DNA of 64,000 nt from Acidobacteriota bacterium. GTDB lineage: Bacteria; Acidobacteriota; Polarisedimenticolia; Polarisedimenticolales; DASRJG01. Both the position numbers and the translations under genes were made by a program. The first letter of the stretch is position 1, and each line of letters opens with the position of its first letter. The notes below the pieces were generated by a model. That model did not search any database, was not told the origin of the DNA, and saw only the letters and a program-made list of their open reading frames with translations. Below are positions 37,363-46,093 of the stretch, one piece after another. The stretch lies in contig JAQBEH010000020.1 in the NCBI GenBank assembly GCA_032124015.1, forward strand, positions 8,965-72,964. The letters are read 5' to 3'.

Positions 37363-38670
37363 ATGATCCTCGCGCCAAAGAAGCCGATCCGCCCCGCCCG
37401 CACCGTCCTCGCGCTCGTTGTCTTTTGTGCGTTGTTCCTGGTCGCTTCCGCGCTCCAAGCCGCCGAGCTCCGTGCCCCGGTCGTGGTCGTCCCCGGCGCG
37501 CCGGGGACCGAGCTCGTGGACGCCGTGTCGGGGAAGCTGGTCTGGCCCAACGCCTGGCTGATGACGATTCCCGGCGGAACCGACTGCCTCGCCCTTCCCC
37601 TCGACGATCCGGAGAGCGCGCCGGTCGTGACCGGCGGCCTCGTTCGCGCCGTGCGCGTCGCGGGGATGAAGTTCCCCGTCCGCGTTTACGGCGGGCTAGA
37701 AAAGAAGCTCAAAGCCCTCGACTACCACGCGGGGGATTGGAACGCTCCCACCGGTGAAGGCGAGTACTTTTACTTTCCCTACGACTGGCGCCAGAGCGTC
37801 GAGACGAGCGGGCGCCGGTTGTCCATCGCGCTTGCGGAGCTGTACCGGAAGAGCCCGGAGGGCACGCCGCCCGCGATCGTGCTCGGTCACTCTTTGGGGG
37901 GCCTGGTCGCCCGCTACGCGCTGATGTACGGCGACGTCGCCTTGGGTCGGGAGGGACCGCTACCGCCCGTGACCTGGGCCGGAGACCAGCAGATCGGGAC
38001 GCTCTTCCTCGTCGCGACGCCGAACGAGGGGACGTTCATCGCGCTCAAGCGGCTCGAGAAGGGGATCTACTACAGCAGCAGCGGTCGGCGTGGCGCCTTT
38101 TCGAAGGAGACCCTTTTCTCCTTCCCCGCGGTGTTCGACGTCATCCCGGCGGACCTCCCCCCGCTCGTCGACAGGGAAGGACGCGACCTTCCGTTCCGTC
38201 TCGACGATCCCGACGATTGGGAGCGTCTCGGCTGGTCGGTCGTCGACGATCCCGACGACGCTTCGGCGATACCGCACGACGTGCTTCGGGCGCACCTCGC
38301 GCGGGAGTTGGCGCGAAGCGCGCGCCTCCGGACAGCGCTGGATCAACGTGCGGATACTCCCAATCCGGCGACGGTTTACGGCGTTGCGGGGCTGTCGAGG
38401 AGCGTCCAGCGCACCGCCTTGGTGACGAAGAAGAAGGGCAAGATGAAGGTTCGCTTCGATCCGCCCCCGGGGACCGGAGCGATCCTGAAGCCGATCCTGT
38501 TCGAACCGGGAGACTCGATGGTTGCGACCCGATCGCTTACCGCTGAGGGCTCGTCGCACGATCCGACGGGCAGCCTCTGCTTCGCGGGCGTCGTGCGCTC
38601 CAAGCGATCCCATCACGCGCTGCTGTCCAGCCCCGAGATGCTCGCCGCTCTGGTCGAAGCCCTCAAGTAG
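37363..38670 (+). CDS. Secreted alpha/beta hydrolase, LCAT/PGAP1-like lipase/acyltransferase
   Basis: Signal/anchor ARTVLALVVFCALFLVASALQA. VVVVPGAPGTELVD; YDWRQS; VLGHSLGGLVARY (GxSxG nucleophile elbow). Confidence 0.6.
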   Translation: MILAPKKPIRPARTVLALVVFCALFLVASALQAAELRAPVVVVPGAPGTELVDAVSGKLVWPNAWLMTIPGGTDCLALPLDDPESAPVVTGGLVRAVRVAGMKFPVRVYGGLEKKLKALDYHAGDWNAPTGEGEYFYFPYDWRQSVETSGRRLSIALAELYRKSPEGTPPAIVLGHSLGGLVARYALMYGDVALGREGPLPPVTWAGDQQIGTLFLVATPNEGTFIALKRLEKGIYYSSSGRRGAFSKETLFSFPAVFDVIPADLPPLVDREGRDLPFRLDDPDDWERLGWSVVDDPDDASAIPHDVLRAHLARELARSARLRTALDQRADTPNPATVYGVAGLSRSVQRTALVTKKKGKMKVRFDPPPGTGAILKPILFEPGDSMVATRSLTAEGSSHDPTGSLCFAGVVRSKRSHHALLSSPEMLAALVEALK

Positions 38671-39359
38671 TGGAGACGATCCTGGACGGCCGCGGTCTTG
38701 CGCGGACGTATTGGCTCGGCGCGACGCCGGTGAAAGCGCTCGACGGCGTCGACATCACGATCGGCCGTTTTGAGTTTCTCGTCCTTCAAGGGCCGTCCGG
38801 CTCCGGCAAGACCACGCTCATCAATCTCCTCGGGCTCCTCGACCGGCCCGACGCTGGAAGTCTCGACCTCGACGGTGCGCCCGTGGCGATGCTGGACGAA
38901 AATGCCCGCGCGGATCTGAGACGCGACCGATTCGGTTTCGTCTTCCAGTCGTTCAACCTCGTCGCGGTGCTGACCGCGTCCGAAAACGTGGAATATCCGA
39001 TGATGTTGAAGGGTGTGTCGCGCGAGGCGAGACGGCGTCGCGCCGCGGAACTCCTCGCTCGCGTCGGCCTGTCGGAGAAAGCGGACGTGCGTCCGGACCT
39101 GCTCTCCGGAGGCCAACGTCAGCGCGTTGCCATCGCGCGCGCCTTGGCGAACGAACCGGAAGTCATCCTCGCCGACGAACCCACGGCGAACCTCGACACA
39201 CGAACGGCCGACGACGTCTTGGACCTGATGTCTCTCATCAACCAAGAGCGCCGGGTCGCGTTCGTCCTGTCCTCGCACGACCCCCGCGTCGTCGCCCGGG
39301 CGCAACGCGTTCTCACCCTGCGCGACGGCCGGATCGCCGGGACCCCGTCCTCGCCATGA
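38670..39359 (+). CDS. ABC transporter ATP-binding protein (LolD/MacB-type)
   Basis: GPSGSGKTTL (Walker A); LSGGQRQRVAIARAL (signature); ILADEPTANLD (Walker B). Confidence 0.9.
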   Translation: METILDGRGLARTYWLGATPVKALDGVDITIGRFEFLVLQGPSGSGKTTLINLLGLLDRPDAGSLDLDGAPVAMLDENARADLRRDRFGFVFQSFNLVAVLTASENVEYPMMLKGVSREARRRRAAELLARVGLSEKADVRPDLLSGGQRQRVAIARALANEPEVILADEPTANLDTRTADDVLDLMSLINQERRVAFVLSSHDPRVVARAQRVLTLRDGRIAGTPSSP

Positions 39360-40582
39360 GCCTCGTCGCGCTTGCCCTCAGAAACGTCGCGCGCAACCGC
39401 AGGCGGAGCGTGCTGACCGGAGGGGTCGTTGTTTTCGGTTTCGCCGCGATCGCGCTCTCCGGCGGGTTCATGTCGCAGTCGTTCGAGGGTTTGCGCGACG
39501 GGACGATCAGGAACGGTACGGGCCACCTGCAGTTCGCCGATCCGGCTTTCTTCGCGGGCAGCGAGGACGCCGCGCTCGAACACGGCCTTTCCGGGAGCGA
39601 TCGGGCCATTGCGCTTCTCGAGTCGGACGCCGAAGTCGAGGCCGTACTCCCTCGTATCGATTTCGTCGGCCTAGCCACGAATGGCAACCGATCGGTGCCG
39701 TTTTTAGGGACGGGGCTCGATCCGGGCCCCGAGGCGCTCACGATGGATACCGCGAAGCTCCTCGTATCCGGCAGGTGGCTTGGGGATGCCAACGAGCGAG
39801 GCGTGGTGCTCGGCAGCGGCCTCGCGCGCACCTTGAACGTGAAGGCGGGGGACACGATCACGCTGCTCGCCACCACACCCGAAGGGGTGTTGAACGCCGT
39901 GGACGCCACGGTGACGGGACTCGCCGACATTCCGATCAAAGAGCTCGACGAACGGTACCTCGCGACGACTCTTGGCCTCGCCTCGGACCTGCTCGTTGCA
40001 AGCGGGCGCGTCTCGAAGCTCGCGGTCGTCCTGCGCGAGCCCGCCGATGCAACCGCCACCCTGCCGAGGCTCCTACAGAGCTTGCATCGCGCGGGCATCG
40101 ACGTGGCGGGGAAGACCTGGGAGGAGCTCGCGGTGTTCTACCGCCAGGTGCGCATGCTCTACGTGGGGATCTTCGGCTTCATGGGGTTGGTGCTCGTCGT
40201 CGTGGTGCTGCTCGCCGCGGCGAACACGATGATGATGGCCGCCGCCGAGCGAACGCGCGAGATCGGGACCCTTCGCGCCCTGGGGACCCGCCCCTCCGCG
40301 ATCCGGCGGATGTTCGTCGCGGAGGGGCTCATCCTCGCGGCGTTCGGTTGCCTCGGCGGAGCGCTCTTGTCCTTGGCGATCCGCGCGGGCCTCAATCATG
40401 CCGGCCTGACGCTTCCGCCGCCCCCCGGCGTCTCTCACGGGATGCCGCTGCACGTGAACCTCTACGTGACGGCCTACGCCGCGGGGGCTGTCGCGATGAC
40501 CGCCACGCTCGTCGTGGCGTCGTGGTTTCCCGCGCGCCGGGCCGCGCGGATGCCGATCATCGACGCGCTCGCGCATGTGTAG
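39356..40582 (+). CDS. ABC transporter permease, FtsX/LolCE-like
   Basis: N-terminal TM, large periplasmic loop, and C-terminal FtsX-type helices with RTREIGTLRALGTRPSAIRRMF. ATG overlaps the upstream stop (ATGA). Confidence 0.85.
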   Translation: MSLVALALRNVARNRRRSVLTGGVVVFGFAAIALSGGFMSQSFEGLRDGTIRNGTGHLQFADPAFFAGSEDAALEHGLSGSDRAIALLESDAEVEAVLPRIDFVGLATNGNRSVPFLGTGLDPGPEALTMDTAKLLVSGRWLGDANERGVVLGSGLARTLNVKAGDTITLLATTPEGVLNAVDATVTGLADIPIKELDERYLATTLGLASDLLVASGRVSKLAVVLREPADATATLPRLLQSLHRAGIDVAGKTWEELAVFYRQVRMLYVGIFGFMGLVLVVVVLLAAANTMMMAAAERTREIGTLRALGTRPSAIRRMFVAEGLILAAFGCLGGALLSLAIRAGLNHAGLTLPPPPGVSHGMPLHVNLYVTAYAAGAVAMTATLVVASWFPARRAARMPIIDALAHV

Positions 40583-41330
40583 CGGGTGGGCCGCCCTGGC
40601 TACGGCGTTGCTCCTGGCCGGTCCGAGCGCCGGGAGTCGTGCGCCGGCTGTCGATCCCGCCGGGATGCTCCACAAGGCCGACGCGCCCCACGACGCGTTT
40701 TCAGAGGGCGTCATTCGCCTGCGCGTTGTCGTGAACGAGCGGGGGAAAAAACCGCTCGCCAACGTCCTTCAGCTCTACGTCGAGGGCACCGACCGGTCGC
40801 TTGTCGTGTTTCGCGAGGGGAAACAGCAGGGGAGGAAGATCCTCACGCTGGGGGATCGTGTCTTTCTGATCGTTCCCGGAGCGTCGCGGCCGATCCCCGT
40901 CAGCAAGACCCAGCGGTTGATGGGCGCGGCGTCGTTCGGCGACATCGCGCGCCTACGTTTCGCCGACGAGTACGAGGCGAGTCTGCGACCCGGAGACGAG
41001 CCGATTGCGGGCTCCCATGGCGAAATTCCCTGCCGCGTCCTCGAACTCGCCGCCAAACGACCGGGATCCGCCTATCCGACCGCCGTGTTGTGGGTCGGGC
41101 GGGATGACGGGCTCGCGCGGCGACTCCGCCTGTCCCTGGCTTCCGGGAAGGACGCGAAAGACGTGTTGTTCACGAGCTACGACGACAAGCATCGGATCGC
41201 GACGATGGAGATCCGCGACCTGCTGACAGCTGGCGGCGCCAACGTGACGAACCTCGCGTTTGAAAGCTACGAAAAGCGCCCCCTCGATCCCGCGATCTTC
41301 GATCCCGAGGGGGCGCGAGCGGTTCCCTGA
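40575..41330 (+). CDS. Outer-membrane lipoprotein-sorting (LolA-like) protein, putative
   Basis: Signal peptide; size, beta-rich composition and position after the ABC/FtsX pair. The family call is by resemblance only. Confidence 0.6.
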   Translation: MCSGWAALATALLLAGPSAGSRAPAVDPAGMLHKADAPHDAFSEGVIRLRVVVNERGKKPLANVLQLYVEGTDRSLVVFREGKQQGRKILTLGDRVFLIVPGASRPIPVSKTQRLMGAASFGDIARLRFADEYEASLRPGDEPIAGSHGEIPCRVLELAAKRPGSAYPTAVLWVGRDDGLARRLRLSLASGKDAKDVLFTSYDDKHRIATMEIRDLLTAGGANVTNLAFESYEKRPLDPAIFDPEGARAVP

Positions 41331-41337
41331 TCCGTCT

Positions 41338-42474
41338 CTACTCCAAAACGACGATGTTTCTCGCCGCGCAGATATCCTTGAGCTGCTTGGGCCAAAGCGT
41401 GACGCTGACCTCGCCGAGATGCGCCTTTTGCAGCAGGAGCATGGTCGTTCGCGACTGGCCGATCCCGCCACCGATAGAAAGCGGGATCTCGTCGTTCATG
41501 ATCGCCTTGTGATAGGGGAGCTTCAGGAACTCGCTCTGACCGGAGATCGCGAGTTGCTGCTTGAGCGTCTCTTTCGTCACGCGGACGCCCATCGAAGTCA
41601 ACTCGTGGCGGCGTTTGGTGATGGGATTCCACACGAGGATGTCCCCGTTCAACCCGTAGTACTGCTGTCCGTTTTTCGTAACCGTCGGCGTGACCCAATC
41701 GTCATAGTCGGCGGCCCGCATCTCGTGCGGGTAGCCATCCTTCAAGACCGACCCGATGCCGATGATGAACACCGCGGGGTACTTCTGAAGAACCTGCGTC
41801 TCGCGCTGTTTGCGCGGGAGGTCGGGGAACATATCGAGGATCTCTTCCGCGTGCAGGAACGTCAGCTCGTCGGGCAGTTTAGGATGGCCTGAGTCTTTCA
41901 GCTTCGGGAAGTTCGCATGGAGGAACGCCTCCGCCCCCTTGAGAACCTTCCAGATCCCGCGCACCGTTCCGATCAGCGTGTCGAGATTGCGATCTTCGGC
42001 GGTGATGCGTTTCTCCCAGTCCCACTGGTCGACGTAGGCGCTGTGGTCGTGATCCAGGAAGTAGTCCTTGCGAACCGCGCGCATGTCCGTGCAGATCCCT
42101 TCGCCGATCGCGCAGTCGAATTGCTTGAGCGCCATCCTCTTCCACTTGGTTGCGGCCTGGACCACCTGGCCGTTCAGGCGCTTGTCGAGTCCGAGCCCGC
42201 AGGGAAACTCGATCGGCGTGCGCGAGCCGTCCCGGTCGAGGTAGTCGTTGACGCCGCTTTCTCTCGTGACGATGAGGGGCACCTCGACGTGGAAGAGGTT
42301 CAACTCGAGACACAGGCCATCTTCGATGAATCGTTTCACCGCCGAGAGGGCAAGCTGCGTCTCTTTCCGATCCAGGACCGGCCGGTAGTCGTCCGGCAAG
42401 ATCTTCGCGACCTCCTCGTAGGTCGAAATTCCGGGTCCCGCCAGGTCTGCTTTCTTGTCCTTCAGTAGGGTCAT
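41338..42474 (-). CDS. asnA: Aspartate-ammonia ligase (asparagine synthetase A)
   Basis: SAYVDQWDWEKRI; YGLNGDILVWNP; LSIGGGIGQSRTTMLLL, matching AsnA signature blocks. AGGAGGAA precedes the ATG. Confidence 0.9.
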   Translation of the reverse strand: MTLLKDKKADLAGPGISTYEEVAKILPDDYRPVLDRKETQLALSAVKRFIEDGLCLELNLFHVEVPLIVTRESGVNDYLDRDGSRTPIEFPCGLGLDKRLNGQVVQAATKWKRMALKQFDCAIGEGICTDMRAVRKDYFLDHDHSAYVDQWDWEKRITAEDRNLDTLIGTVRGIWKVLKGAEAFLHANFPKLKDSGHPKLPDELTFLHAEEILDMFPDLPRKQRETQVLQKYPAVFIIGIGSVLKDGYPHEMRAADYDDWVTPTVTKNGQQYYGLNGDILVWNPITKRRHELTSMGVRVTKETLKQQLAISGQSEFLKLPYHKAIMNDEIPLSIGGGIGQSRTTMLLLQKAHLGEVSVTLWPKQLKDICAARNIVVLE

Positions 42475-42602
42475 GGGTTCCTCCTGTGGAGTCCGCGAAT
42501 TTTAGGACGTCATCGGGACCGTTCGCCGCAGGGCTCGGGACAAGCTTGGTGCGGTGGCTTCGTCCTTGCGGGAAACGCGCTCTTCGCGGACCATGCCGCC
42601 TC

Positions 42603-43373
42603 GTGAGCACCGTCAATGACCGCCCCTGCCTGCTCGTCACCAACGATGACGGGTTCGAAGCCCCGGGACTCGCCGCGCTGGTTGCGGCCGTGTCGCGCCT
42701 CGGCCGTGTCGTGGTCGTCGCTCCCGATAGGGAGCGTAGCGGGGCGGGCCACGCCCTGACCCTCGGCCGGCCGTTGCGGGTGCGCTCGCGAGGTGAAGAC
42801 CGGTTCGAGGTCGACGGCACGCCGACGGACTGCGTTCATCTCGGCGTGTTCAACCTGACCGGAGGCCGGCCGCCCCAACTGGTTCTTTCGGGGATCAACC
42901 GCGGTGTCAATCTCGGTGACGACGTCACCTACTCGGGAACGGTCGCCGCCGCGCTCGAGGGGACCTTGCTGCGAGTCCCGTCGATCGCCTTTTCCGTGGA
43001 ACGGGACGCCGAGGGGCAGGCGGACTACGGGGTCGCGGCCGCCCTCGCCGCGCGGCTCGCCGAAAAGGCGCTCGAAAACGGAGTACCGCCCGGAGTGCTG
43101 CTGAACGTCAACGTCCCGAGGGGCACGCCGCGGGGCATCCGCATCACGCGACAGGGGACACGCACCTACCGCGCGGCCGCCGTCGAGCGCCTCGACCCCT
43201 CCGGACGGCCGTACTTCTGGATCGCGGGCGCCGACACCACGCCCTCGCAAGAGCCGGACGGCGACCACGTCGCGATACGCGAGGGGTACGTCTCGATCAC
43301 GCCCCTACACGCGGACATGACCCACGACCCGTCGCGTGGGATTCTCTCGGCATGGGGGCTGACCCTACCGTGA
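42603..43373 (+). CDS. surE: 5-prime/3-prime nucleotidase SurE
   Basis: CLLVTNDDGFEAPGLAAL; SGINRGVNLGDDVTYSGTVAAALEG. GTG 42603 was chosen; the track ATG 42486 adds a non-homologous extension. Confidence 0.9.
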   Translation: MSTVNDRPCLLVTNDDGFEAPGLAALVAAVSRLGRVVVVAPDRERSGAGHALTLGRPLRVRSRGEDRFEVDGTPTDCVHLGVFNLTGGRPPQLVLSGINRGVNLGDDVTYSGTVAAALEGTLLRVPSIAFSVERDAEGQADYGVAAALAARLAEKALENGVPPGVLLNVNVPRGTPRGIRITRQGTRTYRAAAVERLDPSGRPYFWIAGADTTPSQEPDGDHVAIREGYVSITPLHADMTHDPSRGILSAWGLTLP

Positions 43374-44032
43374 GCGCCGGGGACGTCCGCCGCGCCCGCA
43401 TGGTCCGCGATCTCGAAGCGCGGGGCATCGCCAACCGCCGCGTGCTGGACGCGCTGGGGACAATCCCCAGGGAGCCGTTCGTGGAAGAGGCCCTGCGCGC
43501 AAAGGCGTACGATGACGCCGCGCTTCCGATCGGCGAGAAGCAGACGATTTCGCAGCCGTTCATCGTCGCGCGAATGTGCGAGTTGACCGAGCCGGACGGC
43601 ACCGGTCGCGTGCTGGAGATCGGATCGGGTTCAGGTTACCACGCCGCGGTTTTGAGCCGTCTTTTCGAGCACGTGTATTCGGTCGAGCGTCTCGCCGCCT
43701 TCTCGAAACGCGCCCGCGAGACCGTGCGCGCGCTGGGCATCGAGACCGTCCATTTCAAGATTTTCGACGGGAGCTACGGATGGAGCGAGTTCGCCCCGTA
43801 TCGGGCGATCGTGGTGACCGCCGCGGCGCCGGAGGTTCCCGCACCGCTCCTGGAGCAGCTCGAAGACGGTGGCCGGCTCGTGCTCCCGATCGCCACGAAG
43901 GCCGCCGGCGCGGGCGACGGCGGAGAACAAACGCTGATTCGCGTCGTGAAGGACGGGGCCGGAGTGCATCGCGAAGAGCACGGGCCGTGCCGGTTCGTTC
44001 CGCTGCTGGGCAAGTTCGGATGGACGGCCTAG
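43352..44032 (+). CDS. pcm: Protein-L-isoaspartate O-methyltransferase
   Basis: PREPFV...ALPIGEKQTISQPFIVARM; VLEIGSGSGYHAAVL; RLVLPI. Classic surE-pcm pairing. Confidence 0.9.
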   Translation: MGADPTVSAGDVRRARMVRDLEARGIANRRVLDALGTIPREPFVEEALRAKAYDDAALPIGEKQTISQPFIVARMCELTEPDGTGRVLEIGSGSGYHAAVLSRLFEHVYSVERLAAFSKRARETVRALGIETVHFKIFDGSYGWSEFAPYRAIVVTAAAPEVPAPLLEQLEDGGRLVLPIATKAAGAGDGGEQTLIRVVKDGAGVHREEHGPCRFVPLLGKFGWTA

Positions 44033-44069
44033 CGGCGCCCTGCTATCCTCCCCGGGTTTCGCTTCGGGT

Positions 44070-44146
44070 CGGGGCGTAGCGCAGCCTGGTAGCGCACCTG
44101 GTTCGGGACCAGGGGGTCGTAGGTTCAAATCCTATCGCCCCGACCA
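44070..44146 (+). tRNA. tRNA-Pro (anticodon CGG), CCA encoded
   Basis: Manual cloverleaf. Acceptor CGGGGCG/CGCCCCG, anticodon stem CCTGG/CCAGG with loop TTCGGGA. T-arm GTAGG-TTCAAAT-CCTAT, then ACCA. Confidence 0.9.
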
Positions 44147-44189
44147 ATGTCGTTTCTTTGAATATCACGCAGACTCCGCCGGTGTTTGG

Positions 44190-44714
44190 ATGCTGGTCTC
44201 CGACCTGAAAAACATCATCCGCGAAGTGCCCGACTATCCGAAGCCGGGAATCGTCTTCTACGATCTCACCACCCTGTTCAAGAATGGGGGGGCCTTTCGA
44301 ACCGTGATCGAGCGGCTCGCGGAGCGCTTCCGCGAGGACAAGATCGACATGGTCGTGGGCATCGAGGCACGGGGTTTCATGTTGGCGGCCGCCTTGGCCT
44401 ATGAGTACGGACTCGGCATCGTCCCGGTGAGAAAGCCGGGCAAGTTGCCGTGGCGCATCACCGGTGAGGATTACACGCTGGAGTACGGCCAGGGACGGCT
44501 CGAGGTTCACGAAGACGCCGTCGAGAAGGGTCAGCGTGTGCTGATCGTTGACGATGTGCTCGCGACCGGGGGCACCGCGGCGGCGACGGGAAGGCTCATC
44601 AACAGGCTCGGTGCCAGCGTTTGCGGGTATGCTTTTCTCGTGGAACTTTGTTTTCTCAACGGACGAGACCTTCTCCGCTCCGACAACGTGTTCAGTCTGA
44701 TCTCTTACCCATGA
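44190..44714 (+). CDS. apt: Adenine phosphoribosyltransferase
   Basis: DYPKPGIVFYDLTTLF; RVLIVDDVLATGGTAAA (PRPP-binding motif). Confidence 0.9.
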   Translation: MLVSDLKNIIREVPDYPKPGIVFYDLTTLFKNGGAFRTVIERLAERFREDKIDMVVGIEARGFMLAAALAYEYGLGIVPVRKPGKLPWRITGEDYTLEYGQGRLEVHEDAVEKGQRVLIVDDVLATGGTAAATGRLINRLGASVCGYAFLVELCFLNGRDLLRSDNVFSLISYP

Positions 44715-44715
44715 C

Positions 44716-44793
44716 GGGCCTGTAGCTCAGTCCGGATAGAGCAGGAGTTTCCTAAACTCAAGGTCGCAGGTTCAAGTCCTGCCAGGCCCACCA
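44716..44793 (+). tRNA. tRNA-Arg (anticodon CCT), CCA encoded
   Basis: Manual cloverleaf. Acceptor GGGCCTG/CAGGCCC, D-arm GCTC...GAGC, anticodon loop TTCCTAA. T-arm GCAGG-TTCAAGT-CCTGC, then ACCA. It starts 2 nt after the apt stop. Confidence 0.85.
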
Positions 44794-44818
44794 GGCCGCA
44801 TGAATCGAGGATCCAGCG

Positions 44819-45505
44819 ATGGCGACGGCGAAAATCACGAAAAAAGACATGAAGCAGGACGAGTTCATCGACGGCGTGTTCGACTTCGGCGAATGGCTGG
44901 AAGTCCACTGGAAGCGGGTCGCGATCGGAACAGGAGCCGCCGTCGCGCTCGTGTTGGCGTTCGTCGCGTGGAACGCGATGCGCGAGCACGCGTCCGAGGA
45001 GGCGAATCGCCTGCTGGCGACCGGGATCGAGGCATTTTCCCCCGCGGCCGGGGCGGACGGCCAGCCGCCGGCCCCTCGGTACGCGGAGGCTTTGACTTCC
45101 TTCGAGCAGGCCGCGGCCGCAGGCGGGTCGCAGCCGATCGGTAACGTGGCCCGGCTACTCCAGGCCCGCACTCTGATCGCGCTCTCGCGCGGCGCGGAGG
45201 CGATCCTGGTACTCGAGGGGCTCGTGGCCGGCCGTGACAAGGGCCTCGAGGCGGAGGCGAAGGTCATGCTCGCCGAGGCGTCGGAGGCGGCCGGGAACCC
45301 GGAGCGCGCCGCCACGCTTCTGGAAGAGCTCGCATCCCCGGGCAAGGGAGCGACGTACCCGCAAGACGCCGCCTTGCTGCTCCTCGGGGGACTGCGCGAA
45401 AGACAAGGAAAAACGGAAGACGCCACGCGGGCCTACGCGGACCCGCTCGCGCGTTACCCCCAAAGCCCCTTTGCGGCCGAAGCCAAACTGCGGACCGGCG
45501 GCTAG
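44819..45505 (+). CDS. YfgM-like single-pass membrane protein with TPR-like periplasmic domain
   Basis: KKDMKQDEFIDGVFDFGEWLEVHWKRVAIGTGAAVALVLAFVAW (N-terminal architecture of the YfgM/UPF0070 type), followed by a helical-repeat C-terminus. Confidence 0.55.
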   Translation: MATAKITKKDMKQDEFIDGVFDFGEWLEVHWKRVAIGTGAAVALVLAFVAWNAMREHASEEANRLLATGIEAFSPAAGADGQPPAPRYAEALTSFEQAAAAGGSQPIGNVARLLQARTLIALSRGAEAILVLEGLVAGRDKGLEAEAKVMLAEASEAAGNPERAATLLEELASPGKGATYPQDAALLLLGGLRERQGKTEDATRAYADPLARYPQSPFAAEAKLRTGG

Positions 45506-45519
45506 AACTTCCGTCGAGG

Positions 45520-45939
45520 TCAGAAGGGGATGTCGTCCTCGGCGAACCCGCCCGAAGGTTCGCCCGACTCTTCGACCGGCGCCGCGCTCGCCGCGGCCCC
45601 CCGGTCGTCGGGACGGCCAAGGAGCTGGAGGCGCTGGGCCCGCACTTCCGTCGTGTAGCGCTTGTTGCCTTCGCGATCGGTCCACTCACGGGTCTGCAAG
45701 GACCCTTCCACGAAGACCGGGCGTCCCTTTTTCAGGTATTCGCCGGCGATCTCCGCCTGTTTTCCCCAGACGACGATGCGGTGCCACTCGGTTTTTTCTT
45801 TCTTTTCACCCGACGGATCGCTCCACCGATCGGTCGTCGCCATCGTGAAATTGGCGACCGGAGTTCCGCCCTGGGTAAATCGCACCTCGGGGTCGCGTCC
45901 GAGGTTTCCGAGCAAGATGACTTTATTGACGCTTGCCAT
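45520..45939 (-). CDS. ssb: Single-stranded DNA-binding protein
   Basis: [39 protein letters not shown]...[14 protein letters not shown]...; acidic tail ...EDDIPF. Confidence 0.95.
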   Translation of the reverse strand: MASVNKVILLGNLGRDPEVRFTQGGTPVANFTMATTDRWSDPSGEKKEKTEWHRIVVWGKQAEIAGEYLKKGRPVFVEGSLQTREWTDREGNKRYTTEVRAQRLQLLGRPDDRGAAASAAPVEESGEPSGGFAEDDIPF

Positions 45940-46093
45940 GATCCGCTCCCTGATCCGCGAGGATCTTTCTGTCGTGGAGGAGGCGCCAGGGACCCGCCGG
46001 CGGCCAGCCTGCAGAGACTAACACAGGAACATTCAAAACGCGACGCGCAGGAGCCGCCGGCGGCGGTAGAATGCGGCGCCTGTTAAGACTCCC

